DNA from: a virus
Lineage: Duplodnaviria; Caudoviricetes
DNA length: 59,905 nucleotides
IMG/VR virus record: IMGVR_UViG_3300020152_000026
Coordinates: 1 to 59,905 of that record
Reading direction: 5' to 3' (one strand)
This document shows positions 19,065-29,732 of this stretch, in pieces. The position numbers and the translations under genes are program-made. The notes beneath the pieces were generated by a model. That model did no database searches and was not told the DNA's origin. It saw nothing but the letters and a program-made list of their open reading frames with translations. Positions within the stretch are counted from its first letter, which is position 1. Each line of letters opens with the position of its first letter.

Positions 19065-19328
19065 ATGGAAATTAAGATAAATAGTAAAAATGTTCGTGCA
19101 GCAGGAAACAAGATAATCATTACAAAACAGCAAGAGGAAGTTTTAACATTAGAAGATTTAGAGAATGCAAAGGTAAATTTACAGCGGCAAAACAAACAGA
19201 TTGTACAGCAAATGAACAGGCTTAAAGAACAATACGATTCTTTTTGTACTCAAATTGTAGATGTTGATGATATGATTAAAAAGTTGTCAAGCGAAGAAGA
19301 AATATTACCGGAAATACCAAAAGAATAG
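19065..19328 (+). CDS. small coiled-coil protein (possible fibre chaperone)
   Basis: Heptad pattern; follows the fibre genes. Confidence 0.5.
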   Translation: MEIKINSKNVRAAGNKIIITKQQEEVLTLEDLENAKVNLQRQNKQIVQQMNRLKEQYDSFCTQIVDVDDMIKKLSSEEEILPEIPKE

Positions 19329-19335
19329 CAGGAGT

Positions 19336-19953
19336 CTAATTCTCCTGCTTTTTTAATAATTGTAGTATGGTGTTTTTGAAATATTCATACTCAATATAAA
19401 ATCTATTGGATATATGTTTATTTGGGATATTATCAAAACTTTCTTTATATATTACAACTGGTTGTTCTTTTTTATCTTTGTTGTAATGCGTTATAATTAA
19501 AGTATTTGAACTGGTATCATAATCTATTTGAAAAGGGTACTCACTAGTACAAAACTTATTTATTTCTACAATCTCAATATGCTCTATACCATCAATATCT
19601 ACAAGCATTACACCATCTTTTTCATAAGGTATTGGTATAGTTTGTTTTGGCTTATTATTGCTACTGTTTGAATTTTGAACTGATGTTTTTACTATTTCTG
19701 CTTGATTTAACTTTGCATTCCAGTTAAGCTGAACTCCTAAAATATCAGACACTTTGCGAAGTGGTATATAGGTACTACCTTGATAATTTAGTAATGGCTG
19801 TTCGGTATCATTGTATTCTGTGCCATCTACTAATAGCTTATAGTCAGCTAATTGCAATACATACTCTTTAACCTCTGCATAAATCGGTACTACTGTAAAA
19901 ACTAATGCGCCAAGGATAAAACCAATTAATAATTGTTTGCTTTTGTAAAACAT
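19336..19953 (-). CDS. secreted copper-amine-oxidase N-terminal (stalk) domain protein; moron
   Basis: Signal peptide; LLNYQGSTYIPLRKVSDILGVQLNWN; opposite strand inside the late operon. Confidence 0.8.
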   Translation of the reverse strand: MFYKSKQLLIGFILGALVFTVVPIYAEVKEYVLQLADYKLLVDGTEYNDTEQPLLNYQGSTYIPLRKVSDILGVQLNWNAKLNQAEIVKTSVQNSNSSNNKPKQTIPIPYEKDGVMLVDIDGIEHIEIVEINKFCTSEYPFQIDYDTSSNTLIITHYNKDKKEQPVVIYKESFDNIPNKHISNRFYIEYEYFKNTILQLLKKQEN

Positions 19954-20028
19954 AACAAGACCTCCAACAATAAATTTTGTTATTCGATATTATACACCAA
20001 AATGTAAAATAAATACAGTGTTTTTTAC

Positions 20029-20058
20029 AGCACTCTTAATAGGGTGCTTTTTTATTTT
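20029..20058 (+). terminator. intrinsic terminator
   Basis: AGCACTCT-TAAT-AGGGTGCT plus T-run. Confidence 0.7.
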
Positions 20059-20075
20059 GAAAGGAGTGATTCATA

Positions 20076-21698
20076 ATGGCAAAATCTCCATACGATAGCA
20101 TGTCACTTGATGAATTAAGTATGTATATTGGCAATAAGAATAAGGCAAAAGACATTTATAGTAGCACAGGTGGTTGGGATAGTGACGAGCAAAAGAAGTT
20201 GTCACAAGATAACGCAGCAATAAGAAATAAATACGGTCTATCTGATGATCTCGACATCGGAACATTGAACAATATGTTTAGTAATAGGGTAAATTCTTAT
20301 GACCCGAAAAGCAATCAAATATCTTCTTACGATAGCTTTAAAAGTGGCGGCAATAACTCTTTTAGCAATACGTTAAGCAAAAGCACAAACGGAGTTGGCG
20401 GCGGTGGATTTACCGGGGCAAACTTTCAAGTAAAGAATGAACCTGTTAAAACCGAATGGAACGCACAACTTCACAGAGGAATGGATGGAAGGGAAAAAGC
20501 AATATTTGATGATGATTTTGTCAATGGCATTACAAACAATCCTCTTGTAAAAGGTATGCAGCAAAACTACTATGACCAAGGCGAAAAGGCTTATAAGTCA
20601 AATATGGCAGGAATTAATTCATACACTGGCGGTAAAAATACATGGTCAGAGAGAATTGCAGCTGATTCAAGAAATGACTATAATAAACAGGCTGCTAATG
20701 TTGTTCCAATGTACGCACAAATGGGATTAGATGCAATGCGTGACTTTACAACTGACACAGCAGGACTTGATTCAGAATATTATAACAGATATACAGGGCA
20801 ACAGGCTAGAAATGATGCTCTTGACCAACAAAAATTCATGAATGACCTTGCAGTATCAGAGTTAATGGGCGGTGCTACTTACGGATTAAGGGCAAGTCAA
20901 AACCCATATTTAAATGCTGATGGTACAGTAAAAGGCAGTTATATAGATCAAGACTTTGGCACGATGATTGCTAATCTTAACCCTAATGATTCAGCTTATG
21001 ACCAAAGAAAATATCAACTCGAACAGGCTAGATTTGCTAAAGTGCAAGACCCAAGATATTCACAATTTGCAAATGGTGTTGTTGCTCCTGTTTCTGCTGC
21101 TCCTATATATGCGGCTAATCCAGAAAACCCCGATAACCAATTAAAGTTAATAACTAATGCGTTAACAAAAGAATACGGACCGCAAGAATATCAAGCTAAG
21201 ATTGCAGCGCAGAACATAGCAAACGAGGGCGGCACATTGCAAAATGAATGGTATCCTAAATTAACACAAGCTGAAATTGATACAGCCTACGGTGATTTAG
21301 CTGTCAAGAAACAAAATGCCAATACTGCTTCATATAGTGCGAGAAAGTCAGGTAGTGGCGGTGGAAGTAGCGGATTAACTCCATATCAACAATTACAATT
21401 CAATGAAAAACAATTAGCAGCAAGAGATAAGAAAGTTGGCAGTTATGTAGATCAGATGGAAAAGTTATTTGTTAAAAAGGGAATGGCAAAGAATGAATTT
21501 ACCGGAGAATATGAACCTACTGGTGAAATGGTTGTAGATAATGCAGGAGCTGAAAGATATGTACAAAACCTATATGACAAAGGATTGATAACAGGTGATG
21601 AAGCAACATATTTAGCAGGCGCATATAACCTTGACATACGAGGCGAAACGGATATTGGACCTTCAGGATATGATAATCAAATTCTTGCAGGACACTAA
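20076..21698 (+). CDS. internal virion (ejection) protein
   Basis: G/N/Q/A-rich helical protein with SGSGGGSSG linker, upstream of the giant internal protein as in podoviruses. Confidence 0.6.
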   Translation: MAKSPYDSMSLDELSMYIGNKNKAKDIYSSTGGWDSDEQKKLSQDNAAIRNKYGLSDDLDIGTLNNMFSNRVNSYDPKSNQISSYDSFKSGGNNSFSNTLSKSTNGVGGGGFTGANFQVKNEPVKTEWNAQLHRGMDGREKAIFDDDFVNGITNNPLVKGMQQNYYDQGEKAYKSNMAGINSYTGGKNTWSERIAADSRNDYNKQAANVVPMYAQMGLDAMRDFTTDTAGLDSEYYNRYTGQQARNDALDQQKFMNDLAVSELMGGATYGLRASQNPYLNADGTVKGSYIDQDFGTMIANLNPNDSAYDQRKYQLEQARFAKVQDPRYSQFANGVVAPVSAAPIYAANPENPDNQLKLITNALTKEYGPQEYQAKIAAQNIANEGGTLQNEWYPKLTQAEIDTAYGDLAVKKQNANTASYSARKSGSGGGSSGLTPYQQLQFNEKQLAARDKKVGSYVDQMEKLFVKKGMAKNEFTGEYEPTGEMVVDNAGAERYVQNLYDKGLITGDEATYLAGAYNLDIRGETDIGPSGYDNQILAGH

Positions 21699-21710
21699 GG
21701 AGATGGTGAG

Positions 21711-24700
21711 ATGGCTATTATATTAAGAAATAGCAATATATCTAAATCGGAAGAATCTCGCAGAAGAAAAGAAGCGCAACAAAGAGAAGTTGAAGCTATA
21801 AATAGACAAAGGGCTGCCGAAGAAAAATCTGTTCAACCTGCAACTGAAGGGTTCGGAGATTTTAGAAGTGTAGAAAGACAGATCAAGCCTAAACCTGTAC
21901 TTACTAAGCCCATAGAACCGCAACCGTTAATAAAGCCGGACATTGTTCCGGCTTCTTCTAATAGTGTAGGCTTTGGAGATTTTAGACAATCTGAAAGACA
22001 AGCACCTTCTGTTTATGATATTCCTATAAGCGAGTTGATGAACAAGAAAGTTGATTTATCACAATTGCCTGGCAAACAACAACCGACAAGACCAATACAA
22101 TTCACAGAATCGGATATAAAAAATCCTGCTTTATATACTTTGGCAAAAGCACTTCAAGGCGGTATGCAAACAGGTTACGGAATACTAGGCGCACAAGAAG
22201 CATTAAAAGATACTGTACAGGACATTGCTTCAAGAGTAACAGGCATTAAACCACAGCCGGTAAACAATCAATTTAAACTGTATCCCGATGCAAATGATTT
22301 GATGAAAACAACTGAAGAATACAATCAGAATCTTGCAAAAGCAGAAGATCAATATGCTTCGGGTGGTCAAAAACTTTACGGAAATATTGTGAGTGGTACA
22401 ACTGCAATGATACCTACACTTGCTATGTCAGCAGTAAACCCAGCCGCAGGATTAGCTTCAACTGGAATAACAGCAGGTGGGGCAGGTGCAAGACAAGCTA
22501 AAAATGAAGGTGCTAACCCATATCAAGCACTTGCGTACGGTGCTTTAACAGGTGCAAAAGAAGCAGCAACAGAAAAGCTATTCGGCTTAAATATGCCATT
22601 CATGAAAGGTTCTCTTGATAATGTAATCGAGGGCGCAATTAAAGGCGGTATTAAATCACAAGCAGGACAAGCACTTACTAAGTATGTTACTGGTATGGTA
22701 GGCGAAGGTTCGGAAGAAGTTATTTCAAGTTTGGTAGAACCATGGTTGCAAAAAATGACTTATAATCCTAATGCAAAAGTTGATTATAGCGGATTGTTAA
22801 ATGATTTCCTTGTCGGTGCTGGCGTATCTGGAGTATTAGGCGCACCTGGTACGGTTATTGATGTAGCAAATAGTAGACAACAATCTACACCTACAGTAAA
22901 TGCACAACCAACCATTCAGCGGCCTACGGAACAACAACCAACACCGCAACAGCCTATTATTAAATCACCTGTACAGAATGTACAGCCTACAAAACAACAA
23001 TCTACGGTTGGTATAGTTGGAAAGTCTACCCCTGTAAATGCTGAATCACGAATTAATAAGGCTATAGAAAATCAACAGAGAGTTATCGAGGACTTGCAGA
23101 ATCAGAATCTTACTTATGGTATTGATGTAACCCAAAGAATGGATTTAGCAAACCGTAACTTATCAAGGTTAAATAATCTGCTTCAACAGGAACAGAAAAG
23201 AAAAGAACAGGCAAAAGTTGATATGCAAAACCGCATAAAGGAATCGGAAGAATATAATCGTTTTGTCAATGGTGGATTGCCTAATGTAATTGAGAACACA
23301 AATGTTAACGTGCAAAACAAACCTATTCCACAAGTTAATATAAAGCCTACAGAACAATTTGAACCTTCCAAACCTGTAACTGTGTTACCTTCAACAAAAA
23401 GTCAGGCACAGGACAAAATAATAACTTCTGATGATACTATGATTCCTTCTAGAATAACAAATCAAGGTGGATTAATAACCGTTGAAAAATCAGACAATCC
23501 ATTATTTTATACCAAAAATAATAGTAACAATGAAATTGAGTTGTACCCCGACAAAATTATTTCTGATGTTCGTATGGAACCGCAGTTTACGGAATGGTTT
23601 GATATTTCAAGGAATGATAATTCTGATAAAGTCAGCGTTGTTTCGCCTGCTATTTTAAAATACAATCCTGCTACAAGGCAATATGAGTTTATTAATAAGG
23701 GTAAAATTGCAATAGGTGAGAATACAAATACTAAGCCTACGCAGCAAATTAAACTTTCTGAACAAACAAACATACTGCCTGTTACTGAAAATCAAGCAGA
23801 AGGGCAAATAAACGCTTCTGAAACGATCAATGTTCAAATGCAACAACCAATACCACAACAGCCAACCAAAATACAGCAACCACCAATGATTAATGCTAAA
23901 ACAGAGCAGCCTAGGAAAATTAAAAACTATAAATCCATTGCAAATCCTATTCAAAGAATATCAGAGTTTAGTAGTGATGTTTCAAAAGGCGAGTTGGTTG
24001 ATGTTGATACAGTTGTACAGGAATCTAATTATGTAATGGACAACGAAGAACCTATAAAATCCGAATTGAGTAAATTAAAGGTTGCCGAGCTGTCCAAAAT
24101 GATTCCTGTTATGCAGAGGTCATATTTAACCAAGAAAGATGAATTTGTTAATAAGATATATGATAATATGTTATCACGGTTATATTATAATGCTTCTGGT
24201 GAAAACTCTATCACTTATGGTTTTGGTAGTGGTTCCTATTCTGATGTTGTAAGAAATAAAATTAAAACTTCTTTAACAGAATTGACACCTGAGAAACTTA
24301 ATAATATTTTGAGTAATAACAACGCTGAGTATAGCGAAATGCAAAATAGAAAAACTTCATATTTTGAAGGTCTAAAGAACCCTAAAACACTCGAAGATTT
24401 TCAAAATAAAAAGCGAGTTTTAAAACTCACTCAGGAAGAACAAGACGTATACGAAAACCTTCTTGCTGATAGAAATAAAAAAGAACGTGAAGCAAAATCA
24501 GTCAAAGATAAAGAGCGCAAGGCTGAAAAAGCTTCACAAGTTGTTGGCGATACCGATAAATATAATATTGAAAAATCAACACACAGCAAAACAGGTGAAG
24601 ATGTTTGGGTGGTTACTCTTAATGATAGAATTGACAAAGACGAATGGACAAGTATTAACAGTGCAATGAAATCTTTAGGTGGTAATTATTGGCGAGGTAA

Positions 24701-27700
24701 CAAAGGGTGGAATTTCAAGGTTGACCCTACAGACAAATTGCAAGGCAATATTAAAACTCAACTTGAAGAAAAGCAGGAACTTACAAAAGAAAAAAGAGTT
24801 GAGAAGCTTAGGCAAGTAGCTGAAAATATGCAGGACACTATTGATGATAAATTTTCCGACAGATTGGTTAATACAGCTAGAAGGGCAAGAATGGCGGCAA
24901 GCGCAGAAGCAGATGGGGAATATTTGCAGCGTATACAACAAACTCTTCATAATATTGCTGATGCTATAGAATCAGGAGAAGTTAAACTGCTTGATAACAT
25001 TGATTCTAAGGCACAAGTTGAAACACTTGAGCATACTTTGTCTACTGCTAAGTACACAAGAATCCAAGCTGAACAAAAGAAAATGCGTGAAGAAAAGATT
25101 AATGATTATACCATTAGCGAATATTATCAAGAGCAAAAAAGCAAACCATATTCAAATGATGATATTCGACACGCTTCATTGCCACTTACTGAAATTAATG
25201 TTGATACTCTCAAACGCTTTATTCAAGAAATTAAAGGTAAAAAAGGATTTGTACTAATTGCAAATCGTTTATCAAAATTGGTTACCAAAGCAGATAAAGA
25301 CGGATATGTAGATGTTACTGAATACATTGACGAGATTGAAAAGATTATAAAAAATTCAAATGATGTTGCTAGTTATTGGGAAAGCACATTAGCCGAAAGA
25401 AAACGTTTAGCGAGAATGGGGATTGAATCAGACGAAGAATTAAGGGCATATTTAAGAGAGTATTTGCAGTATAGAGCAGGGAAAAGACAAAAGACTAGTG
25501 ACGAGATTGTAAAAGAAAAACAAAGGCAATTGATTGGCAGAAAGATTGAAGGTTACTTCCCTACCCCTGCAAAAGTGATTAATAAAATGCTTGAATATGC
25601 TGATATTAAAGAATCTGATACCGTATTAGAACCTTCGGCAGGACAGGGACATATTGTTGACGAAGTAAGAAAGGTTAGTCAAAATATAGATGTTGCAGAG
25701 TTTGACCCTTCTAACCGTGAAATATTAGAAATTAAAAAGTATAATGTTGTTGGCAATGATGCACTTTCTATTGACAAGCAATACAATAAAATTGTTATGA
25801 ATCCACCGTTTGAAAAGAATCAAGATATAAAGCACGTTCGTTATGCTTATGATAATAATCTTAAATCTGGTGGGCGATTAGTTGCTATTATGAGTGAACA
25901 TCCGTTTTTTGCTAACGACAAAGAATCTATTGCTTTTCGTGAATGGTTGGAAAGTGTTGGCGGTACTTCTGAAAAGTTACCGGAAGGAAGCTTTAAAGAA
26001 TCTGATAGGTCAACAGGAGTAAATACAAGGTTGGTCGTTATAGATAAACAGACACAACAAGCTGAAAGTACCGAACAAGCAACAGAACAAACTAACCAAA
26101 CTATACCGATTGACGATAGAAATTTTGATAATGTCGGCAGCAGAAAGGTTACGGCAATTCAACATGAGAATCCAGAACTAAAGCCATATATTCAAACTGA
26201 AGCTAAAAGGCTTTTGACTGAACTCAAAAATACTATAAAAGGCGAAAAAACAATTGGTGAGAATGAACAAGGCGAAACTACTTATCAAGGCGGTGTTAAA
26301 AGGCAAACATCAAAATCAATAGAAAGAATACTGGAATTAGAATCAAAACCGAGCTATGCAGAGATTGAAGATTCGCTTAATAGATTGCTTCATAATCAAG
26401 GTCAAGAAAACATTGCACTTGCAAAAAGGATTGAATTGGTTATTGATGATAATTTAAGTGAAGGCACTGTATCGCTTGAAGGTGTAGAAATTAAGCCGAA
26501 CAATGAGTATGTTTCTTTAAAAGGAAAAACAGCAGAAGAACCGACACTTACAGATGATGATTTACCTGTGATTGATAATTTTGTTAAACCACGCACACAA
26601 TCAAAAGGTTCTGTAGCTTTCAAAGGATTATCAGAATGGAAACAAGCTAGGAAAGAAGGTAAAATAGATCAAATAGAAAGACCTTCAGATATTATAAAAG
26701 AAATAGAGAAATTTTTGAAAGTACCAATAAGCAAAGGAAAAGTAACCAAGAGAAATGCATTAGGTATATTTAAAGTTCACCCTGAAACTGTCAGAATAAA
26801 ATTAACCAATGACCTTCCTGTTGTTTCGCATGAAGTCGGACACTATCTTGACAAACAATTCAAGCTGCAAAAAGCTTCCAATATCAATGAGGTTATTGGT
26901 TTGTTGCCTGATGATTTTGCTAGTTTGTATAAAGATTCAGAGATACCGGGTGAAGCTGTTGCTGAATTTGTCAGAATGTATTTACTTGATAAAGATAATG
27001 CCCAGCAGCAAGCACCGATGTTCTATTATGAATTTATAAATGCTCTTGATTCACAGACATTAAAATTCATTGACATAGCAGCTAACAGTATACAAAGTTA
27101 TATGAGTGCATCAAATATTGAGAAAAGTAAATCATTTATTAAATCGAGGACTGAAACTAATAAAAACAATAGTGTATCGGATATGTTTGATAAAATCTAT
27201 ACTAGAGTATTTGATGATCTAAACCCCATACAACTATTTGCAAAAGCCGTAGAAATGAAAAAAGATAATAAATTGACAGGAGCAAATAACCCTTATATCA
27301 TGGCTTTAAATAGTCGAGGTTCCGACATAATCGCTAATACTATTGCTACAGAAAGATTCATTGATTCAAAAGGTAATGTTATAGGAAAGTCGTTAAAAGA
27401 AATATTAGAGCCTATTCAAAATAAGAAATATAAAGACTTTACTAATTACCTTGTCAATAAACATGCGGTTGAATGGCTGACACCTGATGAAAACGGAAAT
27501 ACAAAAAGAGTATTTGCTGATAATACACTGAATAATTTAGAATCTGTACAAGAATCTGTGAAGTATTACGAAGAAAACTATCCAGAATTTATTGCTGTAG
27601 CAAATGAACTATACGAATATCAAAATAACTTACTTGATAAATGGTTAGTTGAAACTGGACTTTTACCAAAAGATGTAGCCGACACGCTGAAAGAAAAATA

Positions 27701-29657
27701 TAAGTATTATGTTCCGTTCTATCGTGACATTGAAGGGCAAGGTTCAAAAGCAAAAAGTAGCTTTGCTAATCAAACAGACCAAATAAAAAGTGCTAAAGGT
27801 TCAGGAGCAGATATTCTTGACCCTGTTGAAAGTATAATTGTAAACACAGAAAGATTTGTTAATGCTGCTAAGAGAAATGAAGTAATGCAGATTATTGACA
27901 GACATTACAAGTCAACTGATGGACTAGGTTATTTTCTTGAAAGAGTACCGCCAAACATGATGCCGCAAAGAACAGATATGACACAACTGAAAGCAAAACT
28001 ATCTAAGGCAGCAGAAGAAGCAGGAATAGAAAACATAGACGAATTAATTGATGATGTAATAAATGATACGCTGTTAACTTTTAGACCTGATATGAGCGGT
28101 AGAAAAGATATGGTTACAGTCTTTGTTAATGGTGAAAAGAAAATGTATCAAGTACATGACAAGGAATTTTTAAATGCTATTACTGCATTATCTCCGCAAA
28201 CTGCAAATTGGGTAGTAAATTCAGTAGGACAATTAACAAGGGTAATGAAGAATCTAACAACTGGTATAAATCCTATATTTGGTGTTGCACGAAACGTATG
28301 GAAGGATATTCCCACAACATTTATTTACAAGCGTTCAAAAGGCTTTAATTATCTTGTGCATATTGGAGATATTATGAAAGCTTTTGTTGATGTTATGAGG
28401 AATACTGAAGCATACAAAGAATATCATGCTGCCGGAGGTGGTCATTCATCTTCAATATCTGCCAATCGAAACTTGCTAAATGAAACGCTGAATGAAATTG
28501 TACCTGGTAGAAAAACGTCAAATGTTTTAAGAACCGGAGAATACTTATTGTCATTAGTTGAGCAGTTTAACAATGCTATTGAAAGTGCGCCGAGATTTGC
28601 TGAGTATAAAAAAACTGGTGGCAATACAGGAGCTTATTCAGATAAGATGCAGGCAATATTTGAATCACAAGATATATCTGTAAACTTTAAACGTCATGGC
28701 AAGTGGACTAAAGATGCCGATGCATTTATTCCTTATCTCAATGCAGCTATGCAAGGGCTTGACAAACTAGGCAGGACAGCAAAAGAATCACCCGGGAAGT
28801 TTATTATTAAGATGTTTATTTCTACTGTGCTACCAACTATCGTATTATATGCTATCAATAATGATGATGAAGATTACGAAAACTTATCAAGCTACATGAA
28901 GGACAACCATTTTAATATTAAACTTAATAACGGTAAGTTTTGGAGAATACCAAAGCCTAGAGAATTAGGTGTAATAGCTTCAGGCACAGAAAGAATATTG
29001 GAATATTGGAAAACAGATGATCCTGATGCTTTTTATGGATTTATTGATTATATTAAAACTAATTTCTTGCCACCTTTACCAATACCATTTATACAGCATG
29101 GAAGAACAATATTCGCACCATTAAATGATTTAAGAGCAAATAAAAACTTTGCTGATATTCCAATAGTTCCTAGAGAACTTGAAAAGTTACCTAACGAATA
29201 CCAATATGATAATAAAACATCTGCTATTGCTAAAGGATTAGGTTCTGCATTCGATATGTCACCTAAACAGATTGATTATATCATTGACAGTTATACTGGA
29301 ATTATAGGAAAGTTAAACCGTTCTTTGACAGCAGACAAGAAAGATTTTGCCGTTGGCATAGGTAACACGATTACAGCGGACCCGAATTATTCAACTGATG
29401 TATTCAATAAATTCTATGATGAAATTGATAAAATGGAGAAAATGAAACAAGAAAGCAAAATAAACAAAAAGTTGGTTGAAGGGTTTAATCCGGGTAAACT
29501 AAAAGCCTATAACCAAGTTGCTGATGTATTGTCAGATATGCGAAACAATATTAAAGCAATAGAAAAAGGTAAATTATCTGATGCTAAGAAAAAGGAACAC
29601 ACGGATAGAATCAGAAAGCAAATGATAGAAGTTACAAAAAAAGCATTACAAAAGTGA
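21711..29657 (+). CDS. giant polyvalent ejection protein: membrane-inserting N-terminus, N6-adenine DNA methyltransferase, HExxH motif, LPD38-like C-terminus
   Basis: A/G-rich hydrophobic helices (EAATEK..GEGSEE); YFPTP..VLEPSAGQG..IVMNPPF; SHEVGH; FIPYLNAAMQGLDK..WRIPKPRELG..NKNFADIPIVP..SPKQIDYIIDSYTG. Confidence 0.8.
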   Translation: MAIILRNSNISKSEESRRRKEAQQREVEAINRQRAAEEKSVQPATEGFGDFRSVERQIKPKPVLTKPIEPQPLIKPDIVPASSNSVGFGDFRQSERQAPSVYDIPISELMNKKVDLSQLPGKQQPTRPIQFTESDIKNPALYTLAKALQGGMQTGYGILGAQEALKDTVQDIASRVTGIKPQPVNNQFKLYPDANDLMKTTEEYNQNLAKAEDQYASGGQKLYGNIVSGTTAMIPTLAMSAVNPAAGLASTGITAGGAGARQAKNEGANPYQALAYGALTGAKEAATEKLFGLNMPFMKGSLDNVIEGAIKGGIKSQAGQALTKYVTGMVGEGSEEVISSLVEPWLQKMTYNPNAKVDYSGLLNDFLVGAGVSGVLGAPGTVIDVANSRQQSTPTVNAQPTIQRPTEQQPTPQQPIIKSPVQNVQPTKQQSTVGIVGKSTPVNAESRINKAIENQQRVIEDLQNQNLTYGIDVTQRMDLANRNLSRLNNLLQQEQKRKEQAKVDMQNRIKESEEYNRFVNGGLPNVIENTNVNVQNKPIPQVNIKPTEQFEPSKPVTVLPSTKSQAQDKIITSDDTMIPSRITNQGGLITVEKSDNPLFYTKNNSNNEIELYPDKIISDVRMEPQFTEWFDISRNDNSDKVSVVSPAILKYNPATRQYEFINKGKIAIGENTNTKPTQQIKLSEQTNILPVTENQAEGQINASETINVQMQQPIPQQPTKIQQPPMINAKTEQPRKIKNYKSIANPIQRISEFSSDVSKGELVDVDTVVQESNYVMDNEEPIKSELSKLKVAELSKMIPVMQRSYLTKKDEFVNKIYDNMLSRLYYNASGENSITYGFGSGSYSDVVRNKIKTSLTELTPEKLNNILSNNNAEYSEMQNRKTSYFEGLKNPKTLEDFQNKKRVLKLTQEEQDVYENLLADRNKKEREAKSVKDKERKAEKASQVVGDTDKYNIEKSTHSKTGEDVWVVTLNDRIDKDEWTSINSAMKSLGGNYWRGNKGWNFKVDPTDKLQGNIKTQLEEKQELTKEKRVEKLRQVAENMQDTIDDKFSDRLVNTARRARMAASAEADGEYLQRIQQTLHNIADAIESGEVKLLDNIDSKAQVETLEHTLSTAKYTRIQAEQKKMREEKINDYTISEYYQEQKSKPYSNDDIRHASLPLTEINVDTLKRFIQEIKGKKGFVLIANRLSKLVTKADKDGYVDVTEYIDEIEKIIKNSNDVASYWESTLAERKRLARMGIESDEELRAYLREYLQYRAGKRQKTSDEIVKEKQRQLIGRKIEGYFPTPAKVINKMLEYADIKESDTVLEPSAGQGHIVDEVRKVSQNIDVAEFDPSNREILEIKKYNVVGNDALSIDKQYNKIVMNPPFEKNQDIKHVRYAYDNNLKSGGRLVAIMSEHPFFANDKESIAFREWLESVGGTSEKLPEGSFKESDRSTGVNTRLVVIDKQTQQAESTEQATEQTNQTIPIDDRNFDNVGSRKVTAIQHENPELKPYIQTEAKRLLTELKNTIKGEKTIGENEQGETTYQGGVKRQTSKSIERILELESKPSYAEIEDSLNRLLHNQGQENIALAKRIELVIDDNLSEGTVSLEGVEIKPNNEYVSLKGKTAEEPTLTDDDLPVIDNFVKPRTQSKGSVAFKGLSEWKQARKEGKIDQIERPSDIIKEIEKFLKVPISKGKVTKRNALGIFKVHPETVRIKLTNDLPVVSHEVGHYLDKQFKLQKASNINEVIGLLPDDFASLYKDSEIPGEAVAEFVRMYLLDKDNAQQQAPMFYYEFINALDSQTLKFIDIAANSIQSYMSASNIEKSKSFIKSRTETNKNNSVSDMFDKIYTRVFDDLNPIQLFAKAVEMKKDNKLTGANNPYIMALNSRGSDIIANTIATERFIDSKGNVIGKSLKEILEPIQNKKYKDFTNYLVNKHAVEWLTPDENGNTKRVFADNTLNNLESVQESVKYYEENYPEFIAVANELYEYQNNLLDKWLVETGLLPKDVADTLKEKYKYYVPFYRDIEGQGSKAKSSFANQTDQIKSAKGSGADILDPVESIIVNTERFVNAAKRNEVMQIIDRHYKSTDGLGYFLERVPPNMMPQRTDMTQLKAKLSKAAEEAGIENIDELIDDVINDTLLTFRPDMSGRKDMVTVFVNGEKKMYQVHDKEFLNAITALSPQTANWVVNSVGQLTRVMKNLTTGINPIFGVARNVWKDIPTTFIYKRSKGFNYLVHIGDIMKAFVDVMRNTEAYKEYHAAGGGHSSSISANRNLLNETLNEIVPGRKTSNVLRTGEYLLSLVEQFNNAIESAPRFAEYKKTGGNTGAYSDKMQAIFESQDISVNFKRHGKWTKDADAFIPYLNAAMQGLDKLGRTAKESPGKFIIKMFISTVLPTIVLYAINNDDEDYENLSSYMKDNHFNIKLNNGKFWRIPKPRELGVIASGTERILEYWKTDDPDAFYGFIDYIKTNFLPPLPIPFIQHGRTIFAPLNDLRANKNFADIPIVPRELEKLPNEYQYDNKTSAIAKGLGSAFDMSPKQIDYIIDSYTGIIGKLNRSLTADKKDFAVGIGNTITADPNYSTDVFNKFYDEIDKMEKMKQESKINKKLVEGFNPGKLKAYNQVADVLSDMRNNIKAIEKGKLSDAKKKEHTDRIRKQMIEVTKKALQK

Positions 29658-29687
29658 GAGAGTCTAAAAACTCTCTCTTTCTTTTTT
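29655..29687 (+). terminator. intrinsic terminator
   Basis: GAGAGAG-TCTAAAAA-CTCTCTC plus T-rich tail. Confidence 0.75.
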
Positions 29688-29732
29688 AAAAAGGAGTTGA
29701 TGTTATGTTTTTAGTAGGGTTAGACGATTGGA

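Noticed and set aside
23730-23830. Possible third, inverted copy of the 47363/48249 spaced repeat inside the giant gene
   Set aside because: Resemblance is impressionistic; the boxes could not be aligned convincingly by eye
8939-28624. Numerous 60-100 aa antisense and alternate-frame ORFs inside structural genes
   Set aside because: Fully nested in long, well-supported CDSs and show no recognisable motifs
21711-29657. Tape measure protein
   Set aside because: Contains enzymatic domains and lacks TMP periodicity; no major tail tube or sheath genes; layout is podovirus-like
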